From: Candidatus Latescibacterota bacterium
GTDB lineage: Bacteria > Latescibacterota > UBA2968 > UBA8231
Direction: 5' to 3'
DNA length: 64,000 bases
Assembly (NCBI GenBank): GCA_965200315.1
Contig: OZ241362.1
Span: 1,568,001 to 1,632,000, forward strand
Part shown: in pieces, positions 9,950 through 20,072 of the stretch
Numbering within the stretch: the first letter of the stretch is position 1
Layout of the letters: every line of letters begins with the position of its first letter
Made by a program: the position numbers and the translations under genes
The notes under the pieces: model-generated
Databases searched by the model: none
What the model saw: the letters and a program-made list of their open reading frames with translations, nothing else
Told to the model about the DNA's origin: nothing

Positions 9950-11281
9950 TTGGTGGATGCTGCTTTGCGGCGCACCCACGTGCGCGCCATTTTTGACGCC
10001 GGGGTCGCGGCCGCCGATCCCGGCCGCTGCATCCACCAAACTCTCGCGGTCACAGGCGATGAGTTGCGCTGTGGCCCGCTCCGCTTCCCCCTCGATACCA
10101 TTTCTTGCCTGCGCCTAGTCGGCGCTGGCAAGGCCACTGCGGCCATGGCCGCAGCCACCGAAGCAATCCTCGGCGACCTCATTGAGTGCGGAGCCATCAA
10201 CACCAAGTACGGCCACGCGCTGCCGTTGACGCGGCTCGAGACCTTTGAAGCCGGGCATCCGGTCCCAGACGAAGCTGGCGTAGCTGGTGCGCTTCGCCAG
10301 CTCGAGCTGCTAGCAAACTTAGATCCCGATGCGCTGGTCCTCGGCCTCTTCTCCGGCGGCGGCTCGGCTCTGCTACCCGCCCCAGCCGAGGGCCTAGCCT
10401 TGGCGGAAAAGCAAGAAACCACCCGCCTTTTGCTCGCCTGCGGCGCGACCATCGACGAAATCAATGCCCTGCGCAAACACCTCTCGGCCATCAAGGGTGG
10501 GCTGCTCGCTCGGGTAGCGACACCGGCTCGCGTGGTCGCCCTCATGCTCTCGGACGTCATCGGCGATCCCCTCGACACCATTGCCTCCGGTCCAACCCAC
10601 CCAGACGCCACGACTTTTGGCGATTGCCTAGCGATCGTCGATCGCTACGACCTGCGCCACCAGCTCCCCGCTCCAGTCCGTCAGCACCTTGAAGCCGGTG
10701 CCCGAGGGGAGCGGCCGGAAACCCCCAAACCTAAAGACCCTTGTTTTGCCCGCGCCGACAGCTTGGTCATTGGCAACAGCCGCTTGGCCATCAACGCGGC
10801 CGCGCACAAAGCCAGCGCACTTGGCTACGAGGTGTGCGTCCTCACCAGCCGCTTACAAGGCGAGGCGCGCCAAGCCGCCGCCGCCTTGGCCTCCATCGCC
10901 CAAGAAACCGCCGAAGCGGACCATCCCATCGCTCGGCCCGCCTGTCTCATCGCCGGCGGCGAGACGACCGTGACCTTGCGCGGTGATGGCAAGGGCGGGC
11001 GCAACCAAGAATTGGCCTTAGCCGCAGCCTTACAACTCGACGGCTGGTCCGCCATCACCTTACTCTCCGGCGGCACCGACGGCACCGACGGCCCCACCGA
11101 CGCCGCCGGCGCTATAGCCGACGGCCAGACCTTGAGCCGTGCCCGCACCCAAGGTCTCGACGCCCGCGTCTTTCTCGACCGCCACGACTCCTATCCCTTC
11201 TTCGCGGCGTTGGACGACCTCGTCATCACGGGGCCTACGGGCACCAACGTCATGGATCTGCAAATCATCCTCATAGCCTGA
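9950..11281 (+). CDS. Glycerate 2-kinase / hydroxypyruvate reductase (MOFRL family)
   Basis: GAGKA, AGHPVPD, SGGGSAL, GGETTV, GGRNQE, GTDGTDG, TGTNVMD. Confidence 0.92.
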   Translation: MVDAALRRTHVRAIFDAGVAAADPGRCIHQTLAVTGDELRCGPLRFPLDTISCLRLVGAGKATAAMAAATEAILGDLIECGAINTKYGHALPLTRLETFEAGHPVPDEAGVAGALRQLELLANLDPDALVLGLFSGGGSALLPAPAEGLALAEKQETTRLLLACGATIDEINALRKHLSAIKGGLLARVATPARVVALMLSDVIGDPLDTIASGPTHPDATTFGDCLAIVDRYDLRHQLPAPVRQHLEAGARGERPETPKPKDPCFARADSLVIGNSRLAINAAAHKASALGYEVCVLTSRLQGEARQAAAALASIAQETAEADHPIARPACLIAGGETTVTLRGDGKGGRNQELALAAALQLDGWSAITLLSGGTDGTDGPTDAAGAIADGQTLSRARTQGLDARVFLDRHDSYPFFAALDDLVITGPTGTNVMDLQIILIA

Positions 11282-11321
11282 AAATCGGCCACCCTTGCAA
11301 GCGATGATGCAGTGAGCCGAT

Positions 11322-11350
11322 TTGACACTCGGGCACCCTTCCGCTAGCTT
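11322..11350 (+). promoter_or_regulatory. Sigma70-type promoter
   Basis: TTGACA 11322-11327, 17-bp spacer, TAGCTT 11345-11350, 10 bp before ATG 11361. Confidence 0.6.
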
Positions 11351-11360
11351 TTTACGACCC

Positions 11361-12287
11361 ATGATCAAGAGTCTCCTTCCCCTTGCATTAGCCCTGCTGC
11401 TGACCGGGGCTGCACACGCTGCCTCGCGCTACGCCGGTGAGTTCCTCGGCTTGGGTGCAGGTGCCCGCTCTGCGGCCTTGGGCAGTGCCTATGTAGCCCT
11501 CGCCGACGACGCCACTGCGGGCTATTGGAATGCGGCTGGCCTATCCGCCCTCAGCGATCGCCAAGTTCACCTGACGCATTCCGAGCACTTCTCCGGCCTC
11601 ATCCAGCGCGATTTTGTCGCCATCGCCCGACCGGGCCGACTTTTGCACGGCATGGCCCTGAGCTTGGTGCGCATGGGCATCGACGACATCCACTTTACCG
11701 AGTTGCCAGATCCCCTCCAGTCCCCCAGCACCGACAATCGCCCTCACATCGCCTCGACCGAGCAAAGCGTGGATTACGCCCTGTATCTGTCGGGCAGTCG
11801 CCGGCTCGGTGCATACCTATCCCTCGGGCTAAGCGCCAAGGCCATTTACCGCCAAGTCGCCTCCATCAACGCCTACGGCTTCGGCCTTGACCTAGGCGTA
11901 CGCTATCAATTGAGCCACCAGATCGCGCTGGCGGCGAACATGCGCGACATTACCACCACGCCCATCGCCTGGAATACGGACAGCAGCGATCGCATCCAGC
12001 CTTCGCTGCTCTTGGGAATAGCGTACGCCATACCCATTGGCGGAGGCCAGACTACCGCCCTCCTATCCACCCGCTCCGGCGGCGACGCGGCGACCGCTGA
12101 CGTCCCGCTCAACGCCGGCCTAGAATACCGCCACCATTACATCACCCTGCGGGCCGGACTAGAGGAAGGCCGCCAAGCCTTTGGCCTAGGGCTTACCCCC
12201 CACCACAATCTCGACCTCGACCTCGCCTATTTGCAGCACGATGCGCTCGAAGCAACCTACCAGTTGTCCGCCAGCTTCCGCTTCTGA
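11361..12287 (+). CDS. PorV/PorQ-family outer-membrane beta-barrel protein
   Basis: Signal peptide; FLGLGAGARSAALGSAYVALADDATAGYWNAAGL; C-terminal Phe. Confidence 0.8.
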   Translation: MIKSLLPLALALLLTGAAHAASRYAGEFLGLGAGARSAALGSAYVALADDATAGYWNAAGLSALSDRQVHLTHSEHFSGLIQRDFVAIARPGRLLHGMALSLVRMGIDDIHFTELPDPLQSPSTDNRPHIASTEQSVDYALYLSGSRRLGAYLSLGLSAKAIYRQVASINAYGFGLDLGVRYQLSHQIALAANMRDITTTPIAWNTDSSDRIQPSLLLGIAYAIPIGGGQTTALLSTRSGGDAATADVPLNAGLEYRHHYITLRAGLEEGRQAFGLGLTPHHNLDLDLAYLQHDALEATYQLSASFRF

Positions 12288-13167
12288 GCAACCCCGCGTC
12301 GGCTACGTAGCCCTAGCCGGTCGCCCCAACGCGGGTAAATCCACCCTTTTCAACGCCTTTTTGGGCCAACGGCTCTCCATCGTCACCGCCAAACCGCAGA
12401 CGACGCGCAGCCGCATCCTCGGTATCCTCACTCGTCCACAGAGCCAGATAATTTTCTTTGACACGCCGGGCCTGCTAGAGTCCTCCTACAAGCTGCACGA
12501 GGCCATGGCCCACCAGATCGACCAAGCCGTGCGCCAAGCCGACCTAGTCTTGCTGCTATTTGACGCCTCCCGTCCCAAAGACCGCAGCACACTAGTAAAG
12601 CACTTCTTAGCGCACACCCGGGCACCCGTCTTGGCTGCGCTCAACAAAATTGACCTAGTACAACCCACCCAGCTAGACGCGCTGCAAAAAGGCCTCGCGG
12701 ACGAGTTCGGCATCGCCAGTCCGACCCCAGTATCCGCCCTGCGCGGCGACGGTCTCGGCAAATTGCTGTCGCACTTAGAGGCCCAGCTACCCTGCGGCCC
12801 CAAGCTCTATCCAGACGATATGGTGGCCGAACAACCCGAGCGATTTTTTGCCGCCGAACACATCCGCGAGGTAGCTTTTGAGCACCTCGAAGACGAGCTA
12901 CCTTACGCCATCAACATCCACATCGAGGAATTCCGCCAGCGCCCAGGCCGCAAGACGTACATTCGCGCCATTATCTACGTCGGGCGCGAAAGCCAGAAGG
13001 GCATCGTCATCGGCCAGAAGGGCATGCGCCTGCGATCAATTGGACGCCAAGCACGCGCCGCCTTGGAGGAACTACTCGACGCGCCCGTCTATGTAGAGCT
13101 GTGGGTAAAAGTCCGCCCAGACTGGCGCAACAAAGAGCGCGATTTGCGGGAATTTGGGTATCGCTAG
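12241..13167 (+). CDS. era: GTPase Era (start uncertain; the only ATG overlaps the upstream gene by 47 bp)
   Basis: GRPNAGKST, KPQTTR, DTPG, NKID, C-terminal KH domain SQKGIVIG..LWVKV. Confidence 0.95.
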   Translation: MRSKQPTSCPPASASEQPRVGYVALAGRPNAGKSTLFNAFLGQRLSIVTAKPQTTRSRILGILTRPQSQIIFFDTPGLLESSYKLHEAMAHQIDQAVRQADLVLLLFDASRPKDRSTLVKHFLAHTRAPVLAALNKIDLVQPTQLDALQKGLADEFGIASPTPVSALRGDGLGKLLSHLEAQLPCGPKLYPDDMVAEQPERFFAAEHIREVAFEHLEDELPYAINIHIEEFRQRPGRKTYIRAIIYVGRESQKGIVIGQKGMRLRSIGRQARAALEELLDAPVYVELWVKVRPDWRNKERDLREFGYR

Positions 13168-13196
13168 GGACAAGACGCGGGGATTAGGCATGGCTC

Positions 13197-16100
13197 TCAG
13201 TCCAAGTCATTCGATCCATCTGTTATGTCTAATTCGCAGGTATCAACTAATTCATTGAGAATTGCATGCCCCCTTCCACGCTTCTCGAAAATGTTTGCCG
13301 CTTCTAAATGCGGCAATTTCTTCACAGTCTCCACCGTCTCCACGCTCACCGCGATTACCTTCTGAAGCAGCTTGACGATGTATTGCGGGTCGTCAGCGCG
13401 GTTCGGATCGTTGACAATGCCGCTGCGCTTGTCTGTCTTGACGGCGTATTGATCGACGACCCATTCCAACGCCGACCGATTACCCAGCCGATAGTCCAAC
13501 GCTTCCGGTGGAATCCCGGCAAGCGTCAAGAAATCGTTATATCTGATCTGCGTCTTGTCTTTGGACAGCTGCATCTTTTCGACGCGCCAGTCGAGCGGCA
13601 AGTCCGGGTTTTCGACAAACTCAAGCGGATGTTCCGGTACGTCGTCATAGCCGACGTGCATCTCGGCCAACCGCTTGCCCATTTTCACATAAGCCCAAAA
13701 ATCCGGCTCGTAGGGAATGCGTGGCAATTCTAACTTGAGATTGGCTCGATAGCACTCGCGGTATGCCGGGTGGTGCAACAGCGCGTACACATAGTGAAAG
13801 ATGTCCCATTTGCTAATGTTGTCGTCTTGGTAGTTCAAGCGAAAACGCGCCAGCACTATATCTGTTATATTCTCGCGGCGATTCGCGCCGTCTTCGCCGT
13901 ACGTATAGAAGGGGAAGCATTGAGAGCTATCAAGGGATGTTAGTGAAAGATTGGAGATTGTGTCCGTGCAAAAACACCAATAATCAGCGCGTCCTCCAGC
14001 TCCCGGAACAACTATCGTTTGATTTTCCGTCTCACTCTTAGGTGTGGGAAAAATAGCTGGAAATACTCCCACCCTATCGTTGATTGCGTTGTGAAAATAG
14101 AGATGAGATTTTGTAAAGGGTCGATAGAGTGAATGCCGTATTCTCTCCTCTGCAAACTCTGCGGTTTTTCCTCCTCTCAACTTATTTTTTAGTGTTGAAC
14201 TCCACTTAATTTTTGCGTTATCACACTCTACAAAATCATCGACTTTTTTCTTGCGCTCTGTCCGTTTCCATCTATCGACCTCTGCGTTATAAGTTCCAAT
14301 CATCCGCTGGATGTTCTCAGCGAGCGCGTCTCGGTCGAAATTGTACACCCAAGCGTCTCGACCTGTATTGACACCGCTACTATACGTCTGAAAAATCACC
14401 GCTTCCTTGCTCTCTCCCGCCTTCGCTTCTTTAGTACCCATAGGCAGAAACGCAGCAAATTCCCTGTTGTGCAGCCCCTCGGTAAGCCAAGAATGTCGCT
14501 CGTCCGGCACAATCTCCTTCCATTCTACATTCCCACAATGTCCCTTCTTGTCGAGATAGCTATACTTCTCTTCCTTGCGCCAGTCCCTATCGACACAAGA
14601 ATAGAAAATTTTCGCCGCTGTCTCCACGTCCCCTCGGCTCTTTACAAAAAAGTTAATACTCACTCCAACCTGAATCCCAAAGACATTGTGCGTCGTGCCA
14701 GAGAGCTTTGGATTCTTGCGAACATTCCCGCCCAAGTCGAGCACGTACATTGTGGAGAAATCGTCTACGAGATGCTTCCGCATCCCATCAAACGCTACCC
14801 CGTCGAGAAAACCATTATTCGTTACGAATGCAACAATCCCTTCCGCGCCGATTCGATCCGCAGCCCACCGAATCGCCTTTACGTACGGGTCTTGTAGCTG
14901 TCTCTTGAGCGTCGCCTGCGAGTCTTTCGCATAGGTATTCCTCACCCGTGTATCCATCGCATTGTACTTTCGATTCTTGTTGTTGTCATTCTCGTTGACC
15001 TGACCGACGTTGTACGGCGGATTGCCAATGACAACGAACATATCCGTTTCCTTTTGCTTCTCAACTCGCGCCGTATTCTCCGCCGTGAATAGGGCCATTT
15101 GCTCATCTTCTGCCAACTCAAACGTATCCACTAAGCATATCCCTTCAAACGGTTGATAATATCCCGTTGCCTCATAAGACTCATGTTCAATGTTCATAGA
15201 CGCTATGTAATACGGTAGAAGCATCACCTCATTGCAATGAAGTTCAGACGAGTACTTGTCTTCGAGTGCGGTCCGGCGAATTGCACACATCGTGCGGACG
15301 ATGAAATTGCCCGTGCCGACAAATGGGTCGATAATGTGAACGCCGGCGTCGGAAAGCGAGCGGTCAAACTCGGTCTTTAGAATGTGCTCAACGCTCTTTA
15401 CCATAAAATCGACAATCGGCTGCGGCGTATACACAATGCCATGCGTATCGGCCACTGCAACCGAGAAGCCCTGAAAAAATTGCTCGTACACGGTGTTGAG
15501 GAAGTGTTGTTTTTTCGAAAAGTCATTGATCGTTTCCGCCGTGCGCTCAATGGCACTATAGAAGCGATTGAGGCTTTCGAGAAAATCGCGCTTACTAAAC
15601 GACTGCGAAGTAAGTGCGTCGATGACTTTTTCGATTTCGTTGGCGATAACGTTGCGGCGAGTGAAATCGGGATTGCTAAAGACGGTTCGGAAAATGCGCT
15701 CGGTCAAAAGATGCTGAATGAGCATCTCCTCGACAGCGGCTTCCGAGAGATTGGGGTTGATCGAGGAGCGACACTTTTCGAGGAAGTCTGCAAAGACGGC
15801 GGTAAACCGGCCGTTGGTCCGTCGTTCCTGTTGAATTTTCGCTGCCAATCCACGCCCGATATCGGGCACCTTGTCTTTGAACTGCGCGACCGCCTCTTCC
15901 CATTCGGCGATCGCCTGCGGACGGTATAAAAAGAAGGCTTCGAGCGTTTCAACCAGTCGTTTTGGATCGGTTAGGTCCTCGTCTAAAATGCGCTCGCCAT
16001 TCTGCCAAAGAATCGCCCGTTTTGGCGTTTGGAATAGGATATTGTCGCTGGGATAACTTGCTGCAAACTTGCGCTGCACTTCGGTTGGCAGATCGTCGTG

Positions 16101-16367
16101 AATGTCCTTTGCTTCCCAATAGCCGTGCGTCAAGTTGAAAGCATCAATTAACGCTCCGTCGATGACGATCCTCCTATTGCGACCCAGAGAAATTGAATGC
16201 TCCGGTACGAGCGTCCACTGAACTTGCCGCCCACACGATTCGAGCAGCGACTGAAACGCCGAGCGCACGGCCCCTTCATGCGCCACCCCGAGCCGCTCAA
16301 ACTCCGCGAGCGACTTATAGTATGCTTTGACCGGCTGGTGTGTGGATTTGAGATTGAGCTTCGGCAT
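13197..16367 (-). CDS. Single-polypeptide restriction-modification enzyme (nuclease-like N-terminus, N6-adenine MTase, type ISP-like specificity domain)
   Basis: IDG..YWEAKD, YTPQPIVDF, IDPFVGTGNF, VIGNPPY, YRPFTK, SALEWVVDQY. Visibly more AT-rich than the flanks and oriented opposite to them. Confidence 0.85.
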   Translation of the reverse strand: MPKLNLKSTHQPVKAYYKSLAEFERLGVAHEGAVRSAFQSLLESCGRQVQWTLVPEHSISLGRNRRIVIDGALIDAFNLTHGYWEAKDIHDDLPTEVQRKFAASYPSDNILFQTPKRAILWQNGERILDEDLTDPKRLVETLEAFFLYRPQAIAEWEEAVAQFKDKVPDIGRGLAAKIQQERRTNGRFTAVFADFLEKCRSSINPNLSEAAVEEMLIQHLLTERIFRTVFSNPDFTRRNVIANEIEKVIDALTSQSFSKRDFLESLNRFYSAIERTAETINDFSKKQHFLNTVYEQFFQGFSVAVADTHGIVYTPQPIVDFMVKSVEHILKTEFDRSLSDAGVHIIDPFVGTGNFIVRTMCAIRRTALEDKYSSELHCNEVMLLPYYIASMNIEHESYEATGYYQPFEGICLVDTFELAEDEQMALFTAENTARVEKQKETDMFVVIGNPPYNVGQVNENDNNKNRKYNAMDTRVRNTYAKDSQATLKRQLQDPYVKAIRWAADRIGAEGIVAFVTNNGFLDGVAFDGMRKHLVDDFSTMYVLDLGGNVRKNPKLSGTTHNVFGIQVGVSINFFVKSRGDVETAAKIFYSCVDRDWRKEEKYSYLDKKGHCGNVEWKEIVPDERHSWLTEGLHNREFAAFLPMGTKEAKAGESKEAVIFQTYSSGVNTGRDAWVYNFDRDALAENIQRMIGTYNAEVDRWKRTERKKKVDDFVECDNAKIKWSSTLKNKLRGGKTAEFAEERIRHSLYRPFTKSHLYFHNAINDRVGVFPAIFPTPKSETENQTIVVPGAGGRADYWCFCTDTISNLSLTSLDSSQCFPFYTYGEDGANRRENITDIVLARFRLNYQDDNISKWDIFHYVYALLHHPAYRECYRANLKLELPRIPYEPDFWAYVKMGKRLAEMHVGYDDVPEHPLEFVENPDLPLDWRVEKMQLSKDKTQIRYNDFLTLAGIPPEALDYRLGNRSALEWVVDQYAVKTDKRSGIVNDPNRADDPQYIVKLLQKVIAVSVETVETVKKLPHLEAANIFEKRGRGHAILNELVDTCELDITDGSNDLD

Positions 16368-16464
16368 GGTAGAGGCTCCATTCGGTGTTCGGTGCCTGCG
16401 GCAACCTATTGCTCACAATTAAAGTTGGTGTATGTTTTCTAACAATAGCAAAAAAGGAGTCCCC

Positions 16465-17772
16465 ATGAACGTCCTAGTCGTCGGCAAAGGAGGGCGCGAA
16501 CATGCCCTCGTGTGGAAACTGGCGCAGAGCCAGCGCATCGACAAACTCTACGCGGCCCCCGGCAACCCCGGCATGGCTACCCTCGCTGAATGCGTCGATA
16601 TTCGCGTCGATACTCCCGTGGCCGAGCGCGAAAAACTCGGCGGCGAAATCGAGCGTCTAGTCGCCTTTGCCCACGAGCAGCAAATCGAGCTGACCGTCGT
16701 CGGCCCAGACGACGCGCTAGCCGGCGGCATTGTCGATCGCTTCCGCGCCAGCGGCCTAACGATCTTCGGCCCCACGGAAGCTGCCGCCCGCATCGAGAGC
16801 AGCAAGGTCTTCGCCAAAGAACTGATGGAGCGCGTCGGCGTCCCCACCGCTCGGCACCAGAGCTTCACCGATAGCCAAGCCGCCAGTGCCTATATCCGCG
16901 AGCAGGGCCCCCCGATCGTGGTCAAGGCCAGCGGCCTAGCCGCCGGCAAGGGCGCGGTCGTCTGCCACAGCGTAGATCACGCCCTCGCAGCAGCGCACGA
17001 CATGCTCGACGAAGGCGTCTTAGGCGGGGCTGGCCAGCACATCGTCGTCGAGGAATACATGACCGGCGAGGAAGCCTCGATCTTTGCAATCTGCGACGGC
17101 GAGCATTTTATCACCCTGACGCCCGCTCAAGACCACAAGCCCATCTACGACAGCGACAAAGGCCCCAACACCGGCGGCATGGGGGCCTATGCGCCGGCCC
17201 CCGTGATGACGCCGGCCCTAGTGAGCCAAGCCGAGGAGCGCATCATTCGGCCCGTACTCGCCGAAATGCGCCGGCTGGGCACTCCGTACCAAGGAGTGCT
17301 TTACTGCGGGCTGATGTGTACCGACGCTGGCGTCAAGGTCGTAGAGTTCAACGCCCGCTTCGGCGATCCCGAATGCCAGATCCTCATGCCCCTGCTCAAA
17401 ACCGACCTCGTCGATGTGCTCACCGCCGCCTGCGATGGCCGCTTGGATCAGGTGCAAGTCGAATACGCGACCGGCGCGGCCGTCTGCGTGGTCATGGCTT
17501 CGGACGGCTATCCGCAAGCTTATGAGAAGGGCTTTGATATCCGCGGCTTGGAGGCGTTTGCCGACCGCAACGATGTCGTCGTCTTTCACGCCGGCACAGC
17601 CCAGCGCGATGGTCGCTTTATTACAGATGGCGGCCGGGTGCTCGGCGTGACGACCACGGGTAGCGATATTCAAGCTGCCGTCGTCAAAGCCTACTCAGCA
17701 GTAGATCAAATCGCCTTTGACAACGCCTACTGCCGCCGCGACATCGCCTATCGGGCGTTGGGTCGCGCCTGA
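16465..17772 (+). CDS. purD: Phosphoribosylamine-glycine ligase
   Basis: GKGGREHAL, GLAAGKG, QDHK, GPNTGGMG, EFNARFGDPE; AAGGAG RBS. Confidence 0.97.
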   Translation: MNVLVVGKGGREHALVWKLAQSQRIDKLYAAPGNPGMATLAECVDIRVDTPVAEREKLGGEIERLVAFAHEQQIELTVVGPDDALAGGIVDRFRASGLTIFGPTEAAARIESSKVFAKELMERVGVPTARHQSFTDSQAASAYIREQGPPIVVKASGLAAGKGAVVCHSVDHALAAAHDMLDEGVLGGAGQHIVVEEYMTGEEASIFAICDGEHFITLTPAQDHKPIYDSDKGPNTGGMGAYAPAPVMTPALVSQAEERIIRPVLAEMRRLGTPYQGVLYCGLMCTDAGVKVVEFNARFGDPECQILMPLLKTDLVDVLTAACDGRLDQVQVEYATGAAVCVVMASDGYPQAYEKGFDIRGLEAFADRNDVVVFHAGTAQRDGRFITDGGRVLGVTTTGSDIQAAVVKAYSAVDQIAFDNAYCRRDIAYRALGRA

Positions 17773-17782
17773 AGCTCTTGCC

Positions 17783-18154
17783 ATGTCCAACGATGCACTC
17801 CGCCTGCGCAACATGCGCTTTTTTGCCTATCACGGGCTTTTCCCCGAAGAGACCGCACTCGGCCAGCACTACGAGGTCGATGTCGAACTCTACGGCGATT
17901 TTCGCCAAGCAGGGCGCAGCGACGACATCGACGCGGCGATCAACTATCCAGAGGTGTACGCGCTGGTGGCCGATGTAGTCACCGGCGAGCCCTGCAAATT
18001 GGTCGAAGCCCTCGCCGAGCGCATCGCCGAGAAGGTGGGCACCCACTGCGCCCCGGTCGAACTCATCGTCCGCGTGCGCAAACCCAACCCCCCGGTCGCC
18101 GCGCACTTTGACGGCGTCGAAGTCGAAATACGCCGGTCCTATAGCAGGGCGTAA
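17783..18154 (+). CDS. folB: Dihydroneopterin aldolase
   Basis: FFAYHGLFPEE, INYPEV, LVEALAERIA, VRKPNPP. Confidence 0.93.
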   Translation: MSNDALRLRNMRFFAYHGLFPEETALGQHYEVDVELYGDFRQAGRSDDIDAAINYPEVYALVADVVTGEPCKLVEALAERIAEKVGTHCAPVELIVRVRKPNPPVAAHFDGVEVEIRRSYSRA

Positions 18155-18244
18155 TGATTTGAACGATTCGAGCTGTGGATCGTCTCGTGAATACGATTCT
18201 GCGTCTAGCTGCGGATCAGCTTGTGAATGATGGAGGATTGCTAT

Positions 18245-18769
18245 ATGCCTGAGCGAGCCTATATAGCCATCGGCAGCAACCTCGGCGACCGCCGTGCGTA
18301 CCTCGAAGCCGGGCTCAGAGAAGTCGCCGCACTCTCCGGTACACGCCTCATAGCCGTCTCCCGCGCCTACGAAACCCGACCGCTGGGACCCGTCGAGCAA
18401 CCGGATTTCCTCAATGCCGTCTTCGCCATAGAAACCTCGCTCGCTCCCGAGCCACTGTTAGCCGCCCTGCTCGCCGCCGAAAAAAAGCACCAGCGGCAAC
18501 GCCGCATTCACTGGGGACCGCGCACCCTCGACCTCGACCTGTTGCTCTATGGAGAACGCGTCGTCGAAAGCGCAGAGCTGACTCTGCCGCATCCGCACAT
18601 GCACGAGCGCAGCTTTGTGCTGGTGCCTCTCTGCGAAATCTCCCCGCACCTTAGCCATCCAATAACCGGTCAGCCATTTGCTGCGTACCTCTCTGCACTC
18701 AACTGTCGCGAAGCCAAGGCCGTCGGCCCCCTCGCTCGCCCCGAAGAGATCCGTCTTGCAACGCATTGA
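18245..18769 (+). CDS. folK: 6-hydroxymethyl-7,8-dihydropterin pyrophosphokinase
   Basis: YIAIGSNLGD, FLNAV, WGPRTLDLDLL, PHP..ERSFVLVPL. Confidence 0.96.
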   Translation: MPERAYIAIGSNLGDRRAYLEAGLREVAALSGTRLIAVSRAYETRPLGPVEQPDFLNAVFAIETSLAPEPLLAALLAAEKKHQRQRRIHWGPRTLDLDLLLYGERVVESAELTLPHPHMHERSFVLVPLCEISPHLSHPITGQPFAAYLSALNCREAKAVGPLARPEEIRLATH

Positions 18770-19601
18770 TTCCATCGTGGAAATGCAGGCTCAATCCGAC
18801 GCTTGGCGCGGCGCGGGCCTATGTGTCGGGCTGGTGCCGACGATGGGTTTTTTGCACGAGGGACATCTCAGCTTGGTCGATCACAGCCTCGAAGCCGCGG
18901 ACCGCACGGTCGTCAGCATCTTCGTCAACCCGCTGCAATTTGGGCCGCAAGAAGACTTCGCCATTTATCCGCGCGACATGGAGCGCGACCTCGACCTGCT
19001 GTCTCGCCGAGGAGTCGATGCGAGCTTCCATCCCGCAACAGCGGAATTCTATCCCGCCGACTTCTCGACCTCCGTCGAAGTCGAAGAACTAACTAAGGGT
19101 TTGTGCGGCCCCTTCCGGCCCGGGCATTTTCGCGGCGTCACCACCGTAGTGACCAAGCTATTCACTGCCGTCAAACCACACCTAGCCGTCTTCGGCCAGA
19201 AAGACTACCAGCAGGCGACCATAGTTCGTCGGCTAGTGCGCGATTTGAACTTGGATTTGCGCGTCGAGGTTGCTCCCACCGTGCGCGAAGCAGACGGCTT
19301 GGCCATGAGCTCGCGCAACGTCCTGCTCAGCGCAGAAGAGCGACAGCGTACATCAGCTCTCTACGAAGCGCTCACAATGGGCCGCGAACGGATCGAACAG
19401 GGCGAACGCGACGCCAGTCGGATCGTCGCCGAGATGCGGGCGCATATCGAGCGATCACTCGACGCGTCCATTGACTACATTTCCATCGTGCACCCGGACA
19501 CGCTCGAAGAAATGGCCCATATCACCGGCCCGGTCGTCATCGCCCTCGCCGTGCGCCTGTCCAACGTCCGGCTGATTGACAACATCGCGGCGACTCCCTA
19601 A
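18756..19601 (+). CDS. panC: Pantothenate synthetase
   Basis: VPTMGFLHEGH, FVNPLQF, RPGHFRGV, FGQKDYQQ, AMSSRN, RLIDN. Probable TTG start at 18756. Confidence 0.96.
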   Translation: MQRIDSIVEMQAQSDAWRGAGLCVGLVPTMGFLHEGHLSLVDHSLEAADRTVVSIFVNPLQFGPQEDFAIYPRDMERDLDLLSRRGVDASFHPATAEFYPADFSTSVEVEELTKGLCGPFRPGHFRGVTTVVTKLFTAVKPHLAVFGQKDYQQATIVRRLVRDLNLDLRVEVAPTVREADGLAMSSRNVLLSAEERQRTSALYEALTMGRERIEQGERDASRIVAEMRAHIERSLDASIDYISIVHPDTLEEMAHITGPVVIALAVRLSNVRLIDNIAATP

Positions 19602-19714
19602 GTATGGGGGTTTTCAAACTTCAAACTACCTTGGAATTTTGGAATTGGGAGCGCAGCCGTTATATTTTCAACGGACGGGATCGGCCCGCCCGCAAACTCG
19701 AAAGGAAGCCATAA

Positions 19715-20002
19715 ATGAACGAGTTTGAAACCAAAGTTCACCAACACGACATCACGTTAGCCCGCTTGGAAACGCTGATTGAGCAGAGCGACCGCCGCTT
19801 TGACACCCTTGAAGACAAAATTAACAACTCCGAGAAAAACACCACCGCCCGCATCAATAGCTCCGAACAAAATACAGCCGCCCGGTTTGACGTTGTTGAA
19901 CGAAAAATCGACAGCCCCGAGCGGCGCATGAATTGGTTTCTCGGCCTGTTGTTCACCAGTTGGCTATCGACTATCGGCGTGATTCTGTATAAGCTCCAGT
20001 AA
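19715..20002 (+). CDS. Small coiled-coil protein with C-terminal TM anchor (DUF1640/CCDC90/Bdr-like)
   Basis: AAAGGAAG RBS; 11-aa repeats KINNSEKNTTA/RINSSEQNTAA; hydrophobic tail WFLGLLFTSWLSTIGVILY. Confidence 0.7.
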   Translation: MNEFETKVHQHDITLARLETLIEQSDRRFDTLEDKINNSEKNTTARINSSEQNTAARFDVVERKIDSPERRMNWFLGLLFTSWLSTIGVILYKLQ

Positions 20003-20023
20003 CTGATAGCCATAATCTGAGTT

Positions 20024-20059
20024 GAATCGCCATCGTCGCCTATCAGACGATGGCGATTC
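20024..20059. terminator. Hairpin, likely terminator between convergent genes
   Basis: GAATCGCCATCGTC-N8-GACGATGGCGATTC, perfect 14-bp stem. Confidence 0.7.
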
Positions 20060-20072
20060 TCATTTGTAGCCT

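Noticed and set aside
13167-16465. Target-gene duplication around the large RM gene
   Set aside because: No copy of the era 3' end or other flanking repeat was found by eye.
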